NCBI GenBank assembly: GCA_009691025.1
Contig: SHWB01000004.1
Coordinates: 23,030 to 87,029 of the forward strand
DNA length: 64,000 nucleotides
Direction: 5' to 3'
Origin: Alphaproteobacteria bacterium
GTDB taxonomy: Bacteria > Pseudomonadota > Alphaproteobacteria > UBA6615
In this document: in pieces, positions 42,377 through 52,342 of the stretch
How positions within the stretch are numbered: the stretch's first letter is position 1
Layout: each line of letters starts with the position of its first letter
The notes under the pieces: generated by a model
What the model saw: the letters and a program-made list of their open reading frames with translations, nothing else
Database searches by the model: none
Told to the model about the DNA's origin: nothing
Program-made: the position numbers and the translations under genes

Positions 42377-43401
42377 GCCGCACTCGCCTGGCGGCGCACC
42401 CGGTCGACCAGCGCCGCAACATGCTCCGGCGGGGTCGACGGCAGCACGCCATGGCCGAGATTGAAGACGAACGGACCATCCGACAGTGCCCCGAGAATCG
42501 AAGCGACTTCACGCTCCATCGCGGCGCCTCCAGCCAGCAGCGTGACCGGATCGAGGTTGCCTTGAACTGCGCAGAGTCCCAGCAATTCTCGCGCGGCCCA
42601 AGCCGGCGATACCGCAGAATCGAGACCGACCGCCGTCACTCCCGTCTCGCGCACATACTCCGGCAGATTGACGCCGGCGCCGCGTGGAAACCCGATCACC
42701 GGGATATCCGGATGCCGCGACCGCAATCGAGCGATCAGCGCCTTCGTCGGCTCGATCGACCAGCGCCGGAAGCCCGAGGCCGGCAGCACGCCCGCCCAAG
42801 TATCGAATATCTGCACGACATCGACGCCTGCATCAACCTGGGCAGTAAGCAGATCCACCGTCGCTGTCACCAGCCGGTCGATCAGCACGCCGAACCCATC
42901 TGGATCGCGCACCGCCCAGCCTTTCACGGCAGCAAAATCGCGCGACGGCCCGCCCTCGACCATGTAGGTCGCCAAGGTCCAGGGCGCACCGCAGAAACCT
43001 ATAAGCGCCGTCTCGCGCGGCAGGTGCGCCCGTACCGTAGCCACCGTCTCCATTACCGCCGCCAGCCGTCCGTCGATGCGCAGGCCGCCCAGCGCCTCGA
43101 CTGCGGCGCTGTCGGCCAGTGCCTCTAGCCGTGGCCCCTCGCCCTCGACGAAACTCACCGGTTGCCCCATCGCATCCGGCACTACGAGGATGTCGGAGAA
43201 CAGGATAGCCGCATCGAGATCGAACCGGCGCACCGGCTGCAGCGTTGCCTCGACGGCGAGTTGCGGCGTGTAGCAGAAGCTGAGGAAATCCGGTGTCTTG
43301 CTGCGCAATGCCCGGTACTCGGGCAGATACCGGCCCGCCTGGCGCATCAGCCAGACGGGCGGCGGCTGCCGCCTTCCACCGCGCAGGACATCGAGCAACA
43401 T
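42373..43401 (-). CDS. hemE: Uroporphyrinogen decarboxylase
   Basis: PVWLMRQAGRYLPEY, ILFSDIL, QGNLDP, FNLGHG; start uncertain (frame open to 43455). Confidence 0.96.
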   Translation of the reverse strand: MLLDVLRGGRRQPPPVWLMRQAGRYLPEYRALRSKTPDFLSFCYTPQLAVEATLQPVRRFDLDAAILFSDILVVPDAMGQPVSFVEGEGPRLEALADSAAVEALGGLRIDGRLAAVMETVATVRAHLPRETALIGFCGAPWTLATYMVEGGPSRDFAAVKGWAVRDPDGFGVLIDRLVTATVDLLTAQVDAGVDVVQIFDTWAGVLPASGFRRWSIEPTKALIARLRSRHPDIPVIGFPRGAGVNLPEYVRETGVTAVGLDSAVSPAWAARELLGLCAVQGNLDPVTLLAGGAAMEREVASILGALSDGPFVFNLGHGVLPSTPPEHVAALVDRVRRQASAA

Positions 43402-43455
43402 CACGACGGGCAACACTCCGGCAAGGGCCGTCCCGCGTCCCGGGACTGGCGGCAA

Positions 43456-43830
43456 TATGCCTTGGCAACGCCTTGTGAGGACACAATCAATTCAATTAAT
43501 ATCTTTCTAAAGAAACCTACTGAGGTTGTAGCAGTGCGGTGAATCCCGGGTACGGACTATCTGCCCACGTCGCCCGCCATGCTGCCTAAGATTCAGGACA
43601 AGCATCTCCCCGGGCGTGGATGAAATGGGGAGATTGCCGCGCGATACTGGTCCGCCGATTGAGCGAATTGCGGGCATGGAATTGCCCAGTGCACAATCGA
43701 ACATCGATTGTCCCCATCCCGGTATGAACTAGTCCACATGTGACCAGAACGGTGACAATGTCATTGCCCGCCGGGCACAAATCTGCGAACACGGCCCCGC
43801 CACCACAACTTGTCCCCGTTATCCCGCCCA
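43456..43830. other. oriC: Candidate chromosomal replication origin
   Basis: Intergenic between divergent hemE and ppsR; AT-rich tract 43484-43516; DnaA-like boxes (CGTGGATGA 43616, TAGTCCACA 43730), TCCCCA motifs, GANTC sites; parS/parAB within 10-14 kb. Confidence 0.8.
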
Positions 43831-43845
43831 ATGCAGAGCGACAGA

Positions 43846-44697
43846 ATGACTGCCGGCGCCGTCACGCCCCCGACCTTTCACCTCCATCTCGTGTCGGATT
43901 CGACCGGCGAGACGGTGCAGTCGGTCGCACGTGCCTGCGTCGCCCAGTTCGAGGGCATCGCCCCGCAGCAGCATTTGTGGGCGCTGGCCCGCACGCCGCA
44001 CGCCCTCGACCGTGCGCTCGAGGATATCCGTGCCAATCCCGGACTCGTCATCTTCACCATCGTTGACGATACGCTGAGCCAGCGGCTGGTCGATGGCTGC
44101 CGCCGCCTGGGCGCGCCATGCATTTCCGTGCTCGACCCGATCATCAGCGCCTTCGGCGCCTATCTCGATGCGCGGCCGAGCCATCGCCCCGGCGTGCAGC
44201 ACGCCCTCGACGCCAATTACTTCCGCCGTATCGAGGCTATGGACTGGGCGCTGATGCACGACGACGGCCAGCACACCGACAACCTCGCCTCCAGCGACGT
44301 CATCCTCGTCGGTGTGTCCCGCACCTCGAAGACACCGACCTGCCTCTACCTCGCCAATCGCGGCATCAAGGCCACCAATGTCCCCTTCGTGCCCGGCGTG
44401 CCGCTGCCCGACGAGCTGGAGCATCTTGCCGGTTCGCTAATCGTCGGCCTGACGACCGATCCGCAGCGGCTGGTCGAGGTCCGCCGCGCCCGCGTCGCCG
44501 CGCTGCGCCAGGACCGGCCGACGGCCTATATCGATCTCGATCGCGTGCGTGAGGAAGTGCTGACCGCGCGTCGGCTGTTCTCGGCGCGAGGCTGGCCGGT
44601 GATCGACGTGACGCGCCGCTCGATCGAGGAGACGGCGGCGGCGATCATCGGTCTCTACGACGCCCATCGAACCGGCCTCAATCCCCCCGTCCCATGA
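43846..44697 (+). CDS. ppsR: Pyruvate, phosphate dikinase / PEP synthase regulatory kinase-pyrophosphorylase (DUF299)
   Basis: HLVSDSTGET, HDDG, GVSRTSKTPT, RSIEETA. Confidence 0.93.
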   Translation: MTAGAVTPPTFHLHLVSDSTGETVQSVARACVAQFEGIAPQQHLWALARTPHALDRALEDIRANPGLVIFTIVDDTLSQRLVDGCRRLGAPCISVLDPIISAFGAYLDARPSHRPGVQHALDANYFRRIEAMDWALMHDDGQHTDNLASSDVILVGVSRTSKTPTCLYLANRGIKATNVPFVPGVPLPDELEHLAGSLIVGLTTDPQRLVEVRRARVAALRQDRPTAYIDLDRVREEVLTARRLFSARGWPVIDVTRRSIEETAAAIIGLYDAHRTGLNPPVP

Positions 44698-45287
44698 CGC
44701 CGGTGCTCTCCTCTGCCAGCCCGACGCGCGCCGGCCTGCTTATGCGCGCGGGCCTCGCCTTCGAGGTCTATCCGGCGCGCGTGGACGAGGACGAGGTCAA
44801 GCGCGCGCTTGCCGGCGAAGGCGCCCCGGCAACGGAGAGCGCCGAGACGCGGGCCGAGCTGAAGGCCACACAGGTCGCGCGGCGCTGGCCAGGCGACCTC
44901 GTCATCGGCGCCGACCGGGGGCTCGAATGCGCCGGCGGCGCCTACGACAAGCCGCCGGATTCGGCGCGGGCGCGCAGCCAGCTCCAGGCCTTGCGCGGCC
45001 GCCGCCATAGCCTGCATGCCGCCGTCGCGGCGGCGCGCGGCGGGGCACTGCTGTGGCACCATCGTGGCCATGCGGAGCTGACCATACGCGATTTCTCCGA
45101 CGCCTTCCTCGACGCCTATCTCGCCACGTCAGGCACCGACGTGCTCGGCTCGGTCGGCGCCTATCGCGTCGAGGGGCCCGGCATCCAGCTCTTCGCCGAG
45201 ATTCGCGGCGACCGGCCGACTATCCTCGGCTTGCCCCCGCTGCCGCCGCCCGACTTCCTGCGCGGCCACGCGGCGGCGGCGACATGA
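44694..45287 (+). CDS. maf: Maf-family nucleotide pyrophosphatase, degenerate-looking
   Basis: SASPTR, VDE, IGAD, SVGAYRVEGPG, ILGLP; several atypical substitutions. Confidence 0.8.
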   Translation: MTPVLSSASPTRAGLLMRAGLAFEVYPARVDEDEVKRALAGEGAPATESAETRAELKATQVARRWPGDLVIGADRGLECAGGAYDKPPDSARARSQLQALRGRRHSLHAAVAAARGGALLWHHRGHAELTIRDFSDAFLDAYLATSGTDVLGSVGAYRVEGPGIQLFAEIRGDRPTILGLPPLPPPDFLRGHAAAAT

Positions 45288-46141
45288 AGACCGAGCCGCG
45301 CAAGGCCGGCGTCATGGGCGGGCCGGTCAGCCACTCGCTGTCTCCCGCCCTGCACGGCCACTGGCTCGCCCGCCACGGCATCGCCGGCAGCTACGAGCGC
45401 ATCCCCGTGCGGCCGGAGGAGCTGCCGGCGGCGCTGGCGCGGCTGGCGCCAGAGGGCTGGGCGGGCGTCAACCTCACGGTTCCGCACAAGGAAGCGGCTC
45501 TGGCGCTGGTCGACACGCTCGATGCCGCCGCACGGGCCATCGGCGCCGTCAATACGGTCGTCGTCGGGACGGACGGCCGGCTCGACGGGCGCAACACGGA
45601 CGCTTACGGCTTCATCGAGAACCTGCGCCAGAACGGGCCGCCGGCGCCGCGCCCGGTCGCCGTGGTCCTCGGCGCCGGCGGCGCCGCCCGCGCTGTCTGC
45701 CACGCGCTGGCCGGCGCCGGCTTCCACGAGCTGCGTATCGTGAACCGCACGATTACGCGCGCCATGGCTCTGGCCGAGGCCGCGCGCGCCTTCGGCATAG
45801 CGCGCGTCGTCGCCCCGTCCTGGACGGAGCGCGGCGCGGCGCTGGACGGCGCCGGCCTGCTGGTCAACACCACGATTCTGGGCATGGCGGGCGCCGCGCC
45901 GCTCAACCTCGACCTCGCCGCGCTGCCCGCCGACGCCGTAGTCAACGACATCGTCTACGCGCCGCTCGAAACCGCCCTTCTCGCGGCGGCGCGGGCGCGC
46001 GGCAATCCCGTCGTCGACGGGCTCGGCATGCTGCTGTGGCAGGCGCAGGCGGGCTTCGCCTCCTGGTTCGGCGTGGCGCCGGCGGTCGATGCCGAACTGC
46101 GTGCGGCGGTGCTGGCGGCGCGGGAGGCGCAGGCGCGGTGA
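45284..46141 (+). CDS. aroE: Shikimate dehydrogenase
   Basis: HSLSP, NLTVPHK, GAVNT, NTD, GAGGAA, DGLGML. Confidence 0.95.
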   Translation: MKTEPRKAGVMGGPVSHSLSPALHGHWLARHGIAGSYERIPVRPEELPAALARLAPEGWAGVNLTVPHKEAALALVDTLDAAARAIGAVNTVVVGTDGRLDGRNTDAYGFIENLRQNGPPAPRPVAVVLGAGGAARAVCHALAGAGFHELRIVNRTITRAMALAEAARAFGIARVVAPSWTERGAALDGAGLLVNTTILGMAGAAPLNLDLAALPADAVVNDIVYAPLETALLAAARARGNPVVDGLGMLLWQAQAGFASWFGVAPAVDAELRAAVLAAREAQAR

Positions 46142-46800
46142 TCGTCCTCGGCCTCACCGGATCGATCGGCATGGGCAAGTCGACGGCGGCGGCGATGCTG
46201 CGCCGCCTCGGCGTGCCGGTGCATGACGCCGACGCCGCGGTGCATCGCCTGATGGCGCCGGGCGGCGCGGCGGTCGCCGCCGTCGGCGCGCTGTTTCCCC
46301 CGGCGCTGGTCGAGGATTCGAGGGGCCGGCGCATCGACCGCGCGAAGCTCGGCCCGCTCGTCTTCGCCGATCAGGCAGCCCGGCGGCGGCTGGAGGGCGC
46401 GCTGCATCCGCTGGTGCGCGAGGATGAGCGGTGCTTCCTCGCCCGCCAGCGCCGCGCCGGCACCCCCATCGCGGTGCTCGACATCCCGCTGCTCTACGAG
46501 ACCGGCGGCGAGCGCCGCGTCGATGCCGTCATCGTCGTCAGTGCCACGCCGGAGGTGCAGGCGCGCCGCGTGCTGGCGCGCCCGGGCATGACGCAGGCGC
46601 GCCTCGATGCCATTCGCGCTATCCAGGTGCTGGAGCACGAAAAGCGCCGCCGCGGCGACTATGTGGTGGAGGCGGGCCTAGGCAAACACTATACTTGGTG
46701 CGCCCTCGCCCGCCTCATCCGCGCGCTGCGGGCCGACCCCCAAGAAGCGGGCAGGCGCCATGCGCGAAATCGTCGTCGATACCGAAACCACCGGGCTTGA
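46138..46800 (+). CDS. coaE: Dephospho-CoA kinase
   Basis: GLTGSIGMGKST, DAD, DIPLLYE. Confidence 0.94.
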   Translation: MIVLGLTGSIGMGKSTAAAMLRRLGVPVHDADAAVHRLMAPGGAAVAAVGALFPPALVEDSRGRRIDRAKLGPLVFADQAARRRLEGALHPLVREDERCFLARQRRAGTPIAVLDIPLLYETGGERRVDAVIVVSATPEVQARRVLARPGMTQARLDAIRAIQVLEHEKRRRGDYVVEAGLGKHYTWCALARLIRALRADPQEAGRRHARNRRRYRNHRA

Positions 46801-47431
46801 TCCCGCCGCCGGCCACCGCATCGTCGAGGTCGCCTGCGTCGAGCTGGTCAATCACATGCCGACCGGCCGGCATTTCCACAGCTATGTCTGCCCCGAACGC
46901 GACATGCCGGACGAGGCCTTCCGCATCCACGGCCTGTCGGCCGAGTACCTAGCCGACCATCCGGTGTTCGAAAAGATCGCCGCCGGACTGATCGAATTTC
47001 TCGGCGATTCGACGCTGGTCATCCACAACGCCGAATTCGACATGCGCTTCATCAATGCCGAGCTGGCGCTGCTGGGCCAGCCGGCGCTGCCGGTCGGCCG
47101 CGCGACCGACACCGTGGCGCTGGCGCGCAAGCGCTTTCCCGGCGCGCAGGTCAACCTCGACGCGCTGTGCCGGCGCTTCGAGATAGACCTGGCGGAACGC
47201 GAGCAGCATGGCGCGCTGGTCGATGCCCGCCTGCTGGCGGCGGTCTATCTGGAATTGCTCGGCGGCCGCCAGCCCGACCTCGGACTCGCGGCGAATGCCG
47301 GCGTTCGCAACGCCGCCGCGCTCGTCGAGCGTCAGGTGCGCGCCGCCCGCGCGCATGCCCCGAGCGCGGCCGAGATCGCCGCCCATGCCGCGCTGCTCGA
47401 TACGCTGGAAGACCCTGTCTGGGGGAAGTAG
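46760..47431 (+). CDS. dnaQ: DNA polymerase III epsilon subunit
   Basis: DTETTG, HNAEFD, HGALVDA exonuclease motifs. Confidence 0.96.
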   Translation: MREIVVDTETTGLDPAAGHRIVEVACVELVNHMPTGRHFHSYVCPERDMPDEAFRIHGLSAEYLADHPVFEKIAAGLIEFLGDSTLVIHNAEFDMRFINAELALLGQPALPVGRATDTVALARKRFPGAQVNLDALCRRFEIDLAEREQHGALVDARLLAAVYLELLGGRQPDLGLAANAGVRNAAALVERQVRAARAHAPSAAEIAAHAALLDTLEDPVWGK

Positions 47432-47548
47432 GCGGGCGCGGCTAAGACCCGCAAGGCCGTGTGCCTGGACCCGGGGCCCGGGGCCCCGGGCGCGGTCGCT
47501 GACGCGCCCTTGCACGGGACGACGAGCCTTAATGATTCCTCGGGACGA

Positions 47549-47840
47549 ATGATCGGACTTTCCACGTCTACGTGCTTGCCAGCGGCAGGCGCGGCACGCT
47601 CTATGTCGCGTCACGAGCGACCTCGTTCGCCGGGTCTGGGAACACAAGCACGCCGAGGCGCCGGGCTTCACGAAGCGATACGGCGTGGACCGGCGGGCGC
47701 GGCTCGAGGCCACTGACAGCATTGAAGCGGCGATCAGCCGAGAAAAGCAGATGAAGCGGTGGCGGCGAGACCGGAAGATTCGGCTCATCGAAGAACAAAA
47801 TCCCGAGTGGATCGATCTGTTCCCCGGACTGACGCCGTAA
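47549..47840 (+). pseudogene. Stand-alone GIY-YIG nuclease (YhbQ/YazA-like), frameshifted
   Basis: FHVYVLAS..GTLYV then, after a shift near 47608, VTSDLVRRVWEHK..FTKRYGV..AISREKQMKRWRR..LIEEQNPEWIDL. Confidence 0.85.
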
Positions 47841-47846
47841 CCTCCT

Positions 47847-47967
47847 CGTCGTCCCGGCCAAGGCCCGCGGGGCCGCGCGCCGGGACCCATGAACACGGGT
47901 GGCGGGAAACGTCGCTCAGCCGTGTTCATGGGTCCCGGGTCTCCGCGGCGCTCCGCCCGGGACGACG
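47847..47967. repeat. CGTC-tagged REP-like dimer downstream of GIY-YIG
   Basis: Outer cgtcgtcccgg/ccgggacgacg and inner perfect 19-bp inverted repeat (47880-47898 / 47920-47938). Confidence 0.85.
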
Positions 47968-47984
47968 GGTCAGGAGGGTAACGC

Positions 47985-48545
47985 CTACTCCAGCTCGAAC
48001 TTGACCTTGCCGTCGCCCGCGGGCGCGGCCTGCGGCGCGGCGGCGGCGGGGACCTGGCCCTGCTGCGCCTGGGCGGCACGCTGCTGGAAGAGCTGGGCGA
48101 AGTCGATCGGATGGATCAGCAGCGGCGGGAAGCCGCCGTCGCGCACCATGTCCGAGACGATGGCGCGGGCGAAGGGGAACAGCAGGCGCGGCGCCTCGAT
48201 CAGGACGATCGGCTGGACATATTCCTGCGGCACCAGCTTGCCGATGGAGAACACGCCGGCGTACTCGATCTCGGCGATGAACAGCGTGGCCGCCTCGTGC
48301 TTGCCCTCGGCACGGATGGCGAGGGCGACCTCGAAGGTCAGGTCGGAGATGCGGCGGGCGTTGACGTCGATCGCCACAGCGACATTGGGCGCGCGCTGGC
48401 CGGCCTGCATCAGCGTCGCCGGCGCGCCGGGGTTCTCGAAGGACAGATCCTTGACGTACTGGCCGTTGACGGTCAGGGCCGGGGCCTGTGCCGCCGCCTG
48501 GGCGTCCGTACCCGGTGCCGCTGCACCGGCCTGCGGGTCGGTCAT
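47985..48545 (-). CDS. secB: Protein export chaperone SecB
   Basis: QYVKDLSFENP, PRLLFPFAR, GGFPPL..PIDF. Confidence 0.96.
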   Translation of the reverse strand: MTDPQAGAAAPGTDAQAAAQAPALTVNGQYVKDLSFENPGAPATLMQAGQRAPNVAVAIDVNARRISDLTFEVALAIRAEGKHEAATLFIAEIEYAGVFSIGKLVPQEYVQPIVLIEAPRLLFPFARAIVSDMVRDGGFPPLLIHPIDFAQLFQQRAAQAQQGQVPAAAAPQAAPAGDGKVKFELE

Positions 48546-48651
48546 GCCGATCGCCTCGCCTCGTTTGGCCGGGCCGTCTGCCATCAGGGCCCCCGGACGC
48601 GGCGTGGCCTAACACGGAACCCGTGGCGGCAACAACATCCGGACGGCGCTG

Positions 48652-49227
48652 CTACAGATCGAAGCGACCCTGCCGCGCGGCGGAAAAATCGAACGGCACC
48701 AGCGCGCCGTTGACGACGCCCCGGCCAGTCATGGCGCGGATGAAGCCCCAATGCGTGACCACGCAGACCTCGCTGCGCGCCGCATGGCCGAGCATGCGGG
48801 CAACGAAGTCCTGCGTGCGTGCCGCCACCGAATCCTCGCTTTCGGGGCCGTGGCGTTCGCATTCGTGCCACCAGCGCTCGGTGTCGAGGCGGCTCCAGTC
48901 CCAGTGCGGCCAGCGCGCCACGAGGCTCGCGCGCGGCGAACCGGTGTCGCACGAAAAGGCCACGCGTTCGCGCACCAGCGGCTCGATCGCCACGGGCACG
49001 CCGAGCACCTCGGCGATGATCTCGGCCGTCTCCAGCGTGCGCCGGTAGGGGCTGGCGAGCAGGGCGGTGATGCGCCGCGTGCCGGCGCCGGCGGCCAGCC
49101 GACGCCCCGCCGCATACGCCTGGTCGCGGCCCAGCGCCGTCAGTGCCGGGTCGGGAATGCCGGGATCGACGCGCGTCTCGCCGAAGAGGGCGTTCCACGC
49201 CGACTGGCCGTGCCGCACCAGGATCAC
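48652..49227 (-). CDS. Histidine phosphatase family protein
   Basis: ILVRHGQS, SPYRRTLETA, VTHWG; GTG overlaps the fxsA stop. Confidence 0.88.
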   Translation of the reverse strand: MILVRHGQSAWNALFGETRVDPGIPDPALTALGRDQAYAAGRRLAAGAGTRRITALLASPYRRTLETAEIIAEVLGVPVAIEPLVRERVAFSCDTGSPRASLVARWPHWDWSRLDTERWWHECERHGPESEDSVAARTQDFVARMLGHAARSEVCVVTHWGFIRAMTGRGVVNGALVPFDFSAARQGRFDL

Positions 49228-49760
49228 GGCCCCTTGTCGCGCTGGCCGGGCCGGCCGCCGGGCAGGCGGCGCGGATCCGCGGCCGGATCGGGCTCGACCT
49301 CCCAGGCATCGGCATCGATGGTCGGGCCGCCGCCAGCCGGAGTGCCATGCGGGCCGCCGCGCGGACCCGCACCGTCGCGCCCGCCGCCGGCGACGATCGT
49401 GCCGTGGCGCGCCAGCAGCGCCCACAACGCGAGGCCGAGCACGCGGCGCATCGGCGCCAGCAGCAGGGCGAGCCCGATCGCGTCGGACACGAAGCCCGGC
49501 AGGATCAGCAGGAAGCCGGCGACGAGGATGCAGAGCCCGTCGAACAGCGCAGCCGCTGGCGGCTGCCCCGCGGCGGCGGCGCGCCGCGCATTGGCCAGCG
49601 TCGCCACGCCCGGATGCCGCACGACGCCCAGCCCGACGACGGCCGCCAGCGCCACCAGCGCCAGCGTCGCCCACAGGCCGACGGCATCGCCGGCGACGAC
49701 GAAGACGGCGATCTCGACCAGCGGCAGCGCGAGAATGCCGAGCAGGACGATCAAACCCAT
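49224..49760 (-). CDS. fxsA: FxsA family membrane protein
   Basis: PLVEIA, LLILPGFVSD. Confidence 0.9.
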   Translation of the reverse strand: MGLIVLLGILALPLVEIAVFVVAGDAVGLWATLALVALAAVVGLGVVRHPGVATLANARRAAAAGQPPAAALFDGLCILVAGFLLILPGFVSDAIGLALLLAPMRRVLGLALWALLARHGTIVAGGGRDGAGPRGGPHGTPAGGGPTIDADAWEVEPDPAADPRRLPGGRPGQRDKGP

Positions 49761-49957
49761 GCTTGTTCCCGCCGCGATGGCTGCATATGTAGGGAAAGGG
49801 CGAAGATCGCGAATACTCCTGCGCGCGCCGTCTGGCATTCATCCGGCGGCGCCGATATGGTTGCAGGCCACTGATAGCCCGGAATGCCGACCGGCTCCAC
49901 CCTGCCGGCCGCATGCCGGGCGCAACGGTGCCAATGGCGGCACGGACGGGTGGGCGC

Positions 49958-50665
49958 GTGGACTCTCTGATCGAAATCGTCGTCTTCGCCATGATCGCGG
50001 CCTTCCTGGTCTACCGGCTGCGCAGCGTGCTCGGCCGCCGCACCGGCACCGAACGGCCGCCGGGCGACCCCTTCGCGCGTGGCAACGGCGCCCGCCGCCC
50101 CGCGCCCGGCCCCGCCGGCCCGCGCGAGGCGCGCGACGACGACAAGGTTGTCGCCCTGCCCGACCGCACCGCGCCGTCCGCCGAACCGGCAGCAGCGACC
50201 GCGCCGGCCGGCCCCGCCGCCGCCGGCATCACCCAGGTGCAGATCGCCGATCCCTCCTTCGATCCGGCGCGTTTCGTCGAGGGCGCGCGTGCGGCCTTCG
50301 AGATGGTCGTCGCCTCCTTTGCCGACGGCGACCGCGACAGGCTGCGCCCGCTGCTGTCGAACGAGGTGTTCGAGAATTTCGCCGCCGCCATCGCCGCCCG
50401 CGAGAAGGACGGCCATGTGCTGGAGACGACGCTGGTCGGCGTGCGCGACACGGAAATCGCTGAGGCCTCGGTCGAGGCGCGCGTCGCCTATGTCACCGTG
50501 CAATTCGTGACGGAGCAGATCAACGTCACCCGCAACGGCGCGGGCGCTGTCGTCGAGGGCGACCCGGGCAAGGTTTCCACCGTCACCGATATGTGGACCT
50601 TCGCCCGCAACACCCGCTCGCGGAACCCCAACTGGACGCTGGTGGCGACCGCTTCGCCGGGATAG
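49958..50665 (+). CDS. Tim44-domain protein
   Basis: RLRSVLGRRTG, DPSFD..F.EGA..AFEM, WTFAR..PNW.L. Confidence 0.92.
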   Translation: MDSLIEIVVFAMIAAFLVYRLRSVLGRRTGTERPPGDPFARGNGARRPAPGPAGPREARDDDKVVALPDRTAPSAEPAAATAPAGPAAAGITQVQIADPSFDPARFVEGARAAFEMVVASFADGDRDRLRPLLSNEVFENFAAAIAAREKDGHVLETTLVGVRDTEIAEASVEARVAYVTVQFVTEQINVTRNGAGAVVEGDPGKVSTVTDMWTFARNTRSRNPNWTLVATASPG

Positions 50666-50799
50666 AGGGGGCTGACCGTCACCATCTGCGGTCATATCGC
50701 GCCCTCTATCGCTCCATCGATCGGGCGGCATATCGGGCCGACCAATCGGTCCACGCTGAGGACTGAGGACAGAATTCCCAAGAGTGAGTCCAGACTGCA

Positions 50800-51447
50800 A
50801 CAGACGTTCGTTGTTTGAGCGCCGAGACATGAAGAACAGGAAGACCAGCAGCTTTACGACCGGATCCAAGAGCAGAATCTGAATCGACAACACGAGTTGC
50901 TGACCAGCTGTATTGAAATTGGCCTCTTAAGGGGGCCAGTTTCATTTGATAACTATTTGCCATTGGCGCTTAACCATGTGGCCGTCGCAAATATATCCCA
51001 ATTTGGTGGGCGCTTTCGTCGGGAGCCCGTATTATGTCGGCGACCACAAGCCCCCGCATTTTAATGAAGCGGACGATTGGATGGACCGCTTTATCTCCAC
51101 GGTCCAGGAGTAATGGGTACGTTTGGCCGCCAACAGAGCCAGCAACTTATGGGCTGTGGCGCCTAAACTGGATCCATCCATTTATTGAAGGAAATGGGCG
51201 CACAGCGCGGGCGGCCTGCTATTTTCTTTTATGTGTTCGTTCCGGTGTCTTACTGCCCGGCCGGAAAATTGTGCCGGAGCGCATCCGCGAAGATCGTGAC
51301 GGCTATGAAGGGGCACTATTTGCAGCGGACCAAGCTTGGTACAATGGACACCTCGATTTTTCTCAGATGGAGGATTATTTGGCTGTGCTGCCTCAGGCAC
51401 AGCTAAGCGATGACGGACCTCCCTATCAGGGCTCACCCTCCGTTTAG
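50800..51447 (+). pseudogene. Fic-domain protein remnant, low GC, at least two frameshifts
   Basis: WIHPFIEGNGRTAR Fic motif; upstream coding-like segments in other frames (shifts near 51030 and 51110); start approximate. Confidence 0.8.
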
Positions 51448-51563
51448 GCTGTCGTGATCCTTCCGGAGCCATTGATTGGCAGGCGCCGCTCTGCTGTATT
51501 GGCCGGCGGCGCCGCTCGTTCCACCCGTCATTCCTGCCTGCCCGGCGGCGCCGGGAGCCGTTC

Positions 51564-52340
51564 ATGTCCGGACCGCGCGTCGGATTGTTCGTCACCTGCC
51601 TCGTCGACCTGTTCCGGCCGACCGTCGGCTTCGCCGCGGTGAAGCTGCTGGAGGAGGCCGGCTGCACGGCCGAGGTGCCGCAGGCCCAGACCTGCTGCGG
51701 CCAGCCGGCCTGGAACACCGGCGACCGCAAGACCACGCAGGCGGTGGCGAAAGGCGTGATCGCGGCCTTCGAGGGCTATGATTACGTAGTGGCGCCGTCC
51801 GGCTCCTGCGCCGGCATGCTGCGCGTCCATTATCCCGAGCTGTTCGTCGCCGACGAGTCGTGGAAGGCCCGCGCCGAGGCGCTGGCGGCGAAGAGCTGGG
51901 AGCTGGTCGGCTTCCTCGTCGACGTGCTGAAACTCGAACGCGTGGCGGCCGACTATGCCGGCATCGTCACCTACCACGATTCCTGCTCGGGCCTGCGCGA
52001 ACTGGGCGTGAAGGCCCAGCCGCGCGCCCTGCTGGCCGGCATCGGCGGCCTGCATCTGCGCGAACTGGCCGATGCGGAGGTCTGCTGCGGCTTTGGCGGC
52101 ACGTTTTGCGTCAAATACCCCGACATTTCCGACCGCATGGTGTCGAACAAGACCAAATCCATCGTCGATACCGGCGCCGACACGCTGCTGGCCGGCGATA
52201 TGGGCTGCCTGATGAACATGGCCGGCAAGCTGCAGCGCGAGGGCGCGGCGGTGCGCGTGCGCCACGTCGCCGAGGTGCTGGCCGGCATGGCCGACCGGCC
52301 GGCGATCGGCGAAGCGCGCGACGGCGGCGAGGGGGCCTGA
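51564..52340 (+). CDS. lutA: L-lactate utilisation CCG-domain subunit (LutA/LldE/YkgE)
   Basis: TCLVD, QTCCGQP, YHDSC, CCGFGGTF. Confidence 0.92.
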   Translation: MSGPRVGLFVTCLVDLFRPTVGFAAVKLLEEAGCTAEVPQAQTCCGQPAWNTGDRKTTQAVAKGVIAAFEGYDYVVAPSGSCAGMLRVHYPELFVADESWKARAEALAAKSWELVGFLVDVLKLERVAADYAGIVTYHDSCSGLRELGVKAQPRALLAGIGGLHLRELADAEVCCGFGGTFCVKYPDISDRMVSNKTKSIVDTGADTLLAGDMGCLMNMAGKLQREGAAVRVRHVAEVLAGMADRPAIGEARDGGEGA

Positions 52341-52342
52341 GC

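Noticed and set aside
49751-50893. 380-aa minus-strand ORF
   Set aside because: Antisense to Tim44 with no domain signal
50666-51460. Prophage or IS at the low-GC patch
   Set aside because: No integrase, transposase, terminal repeats or att duplication seen
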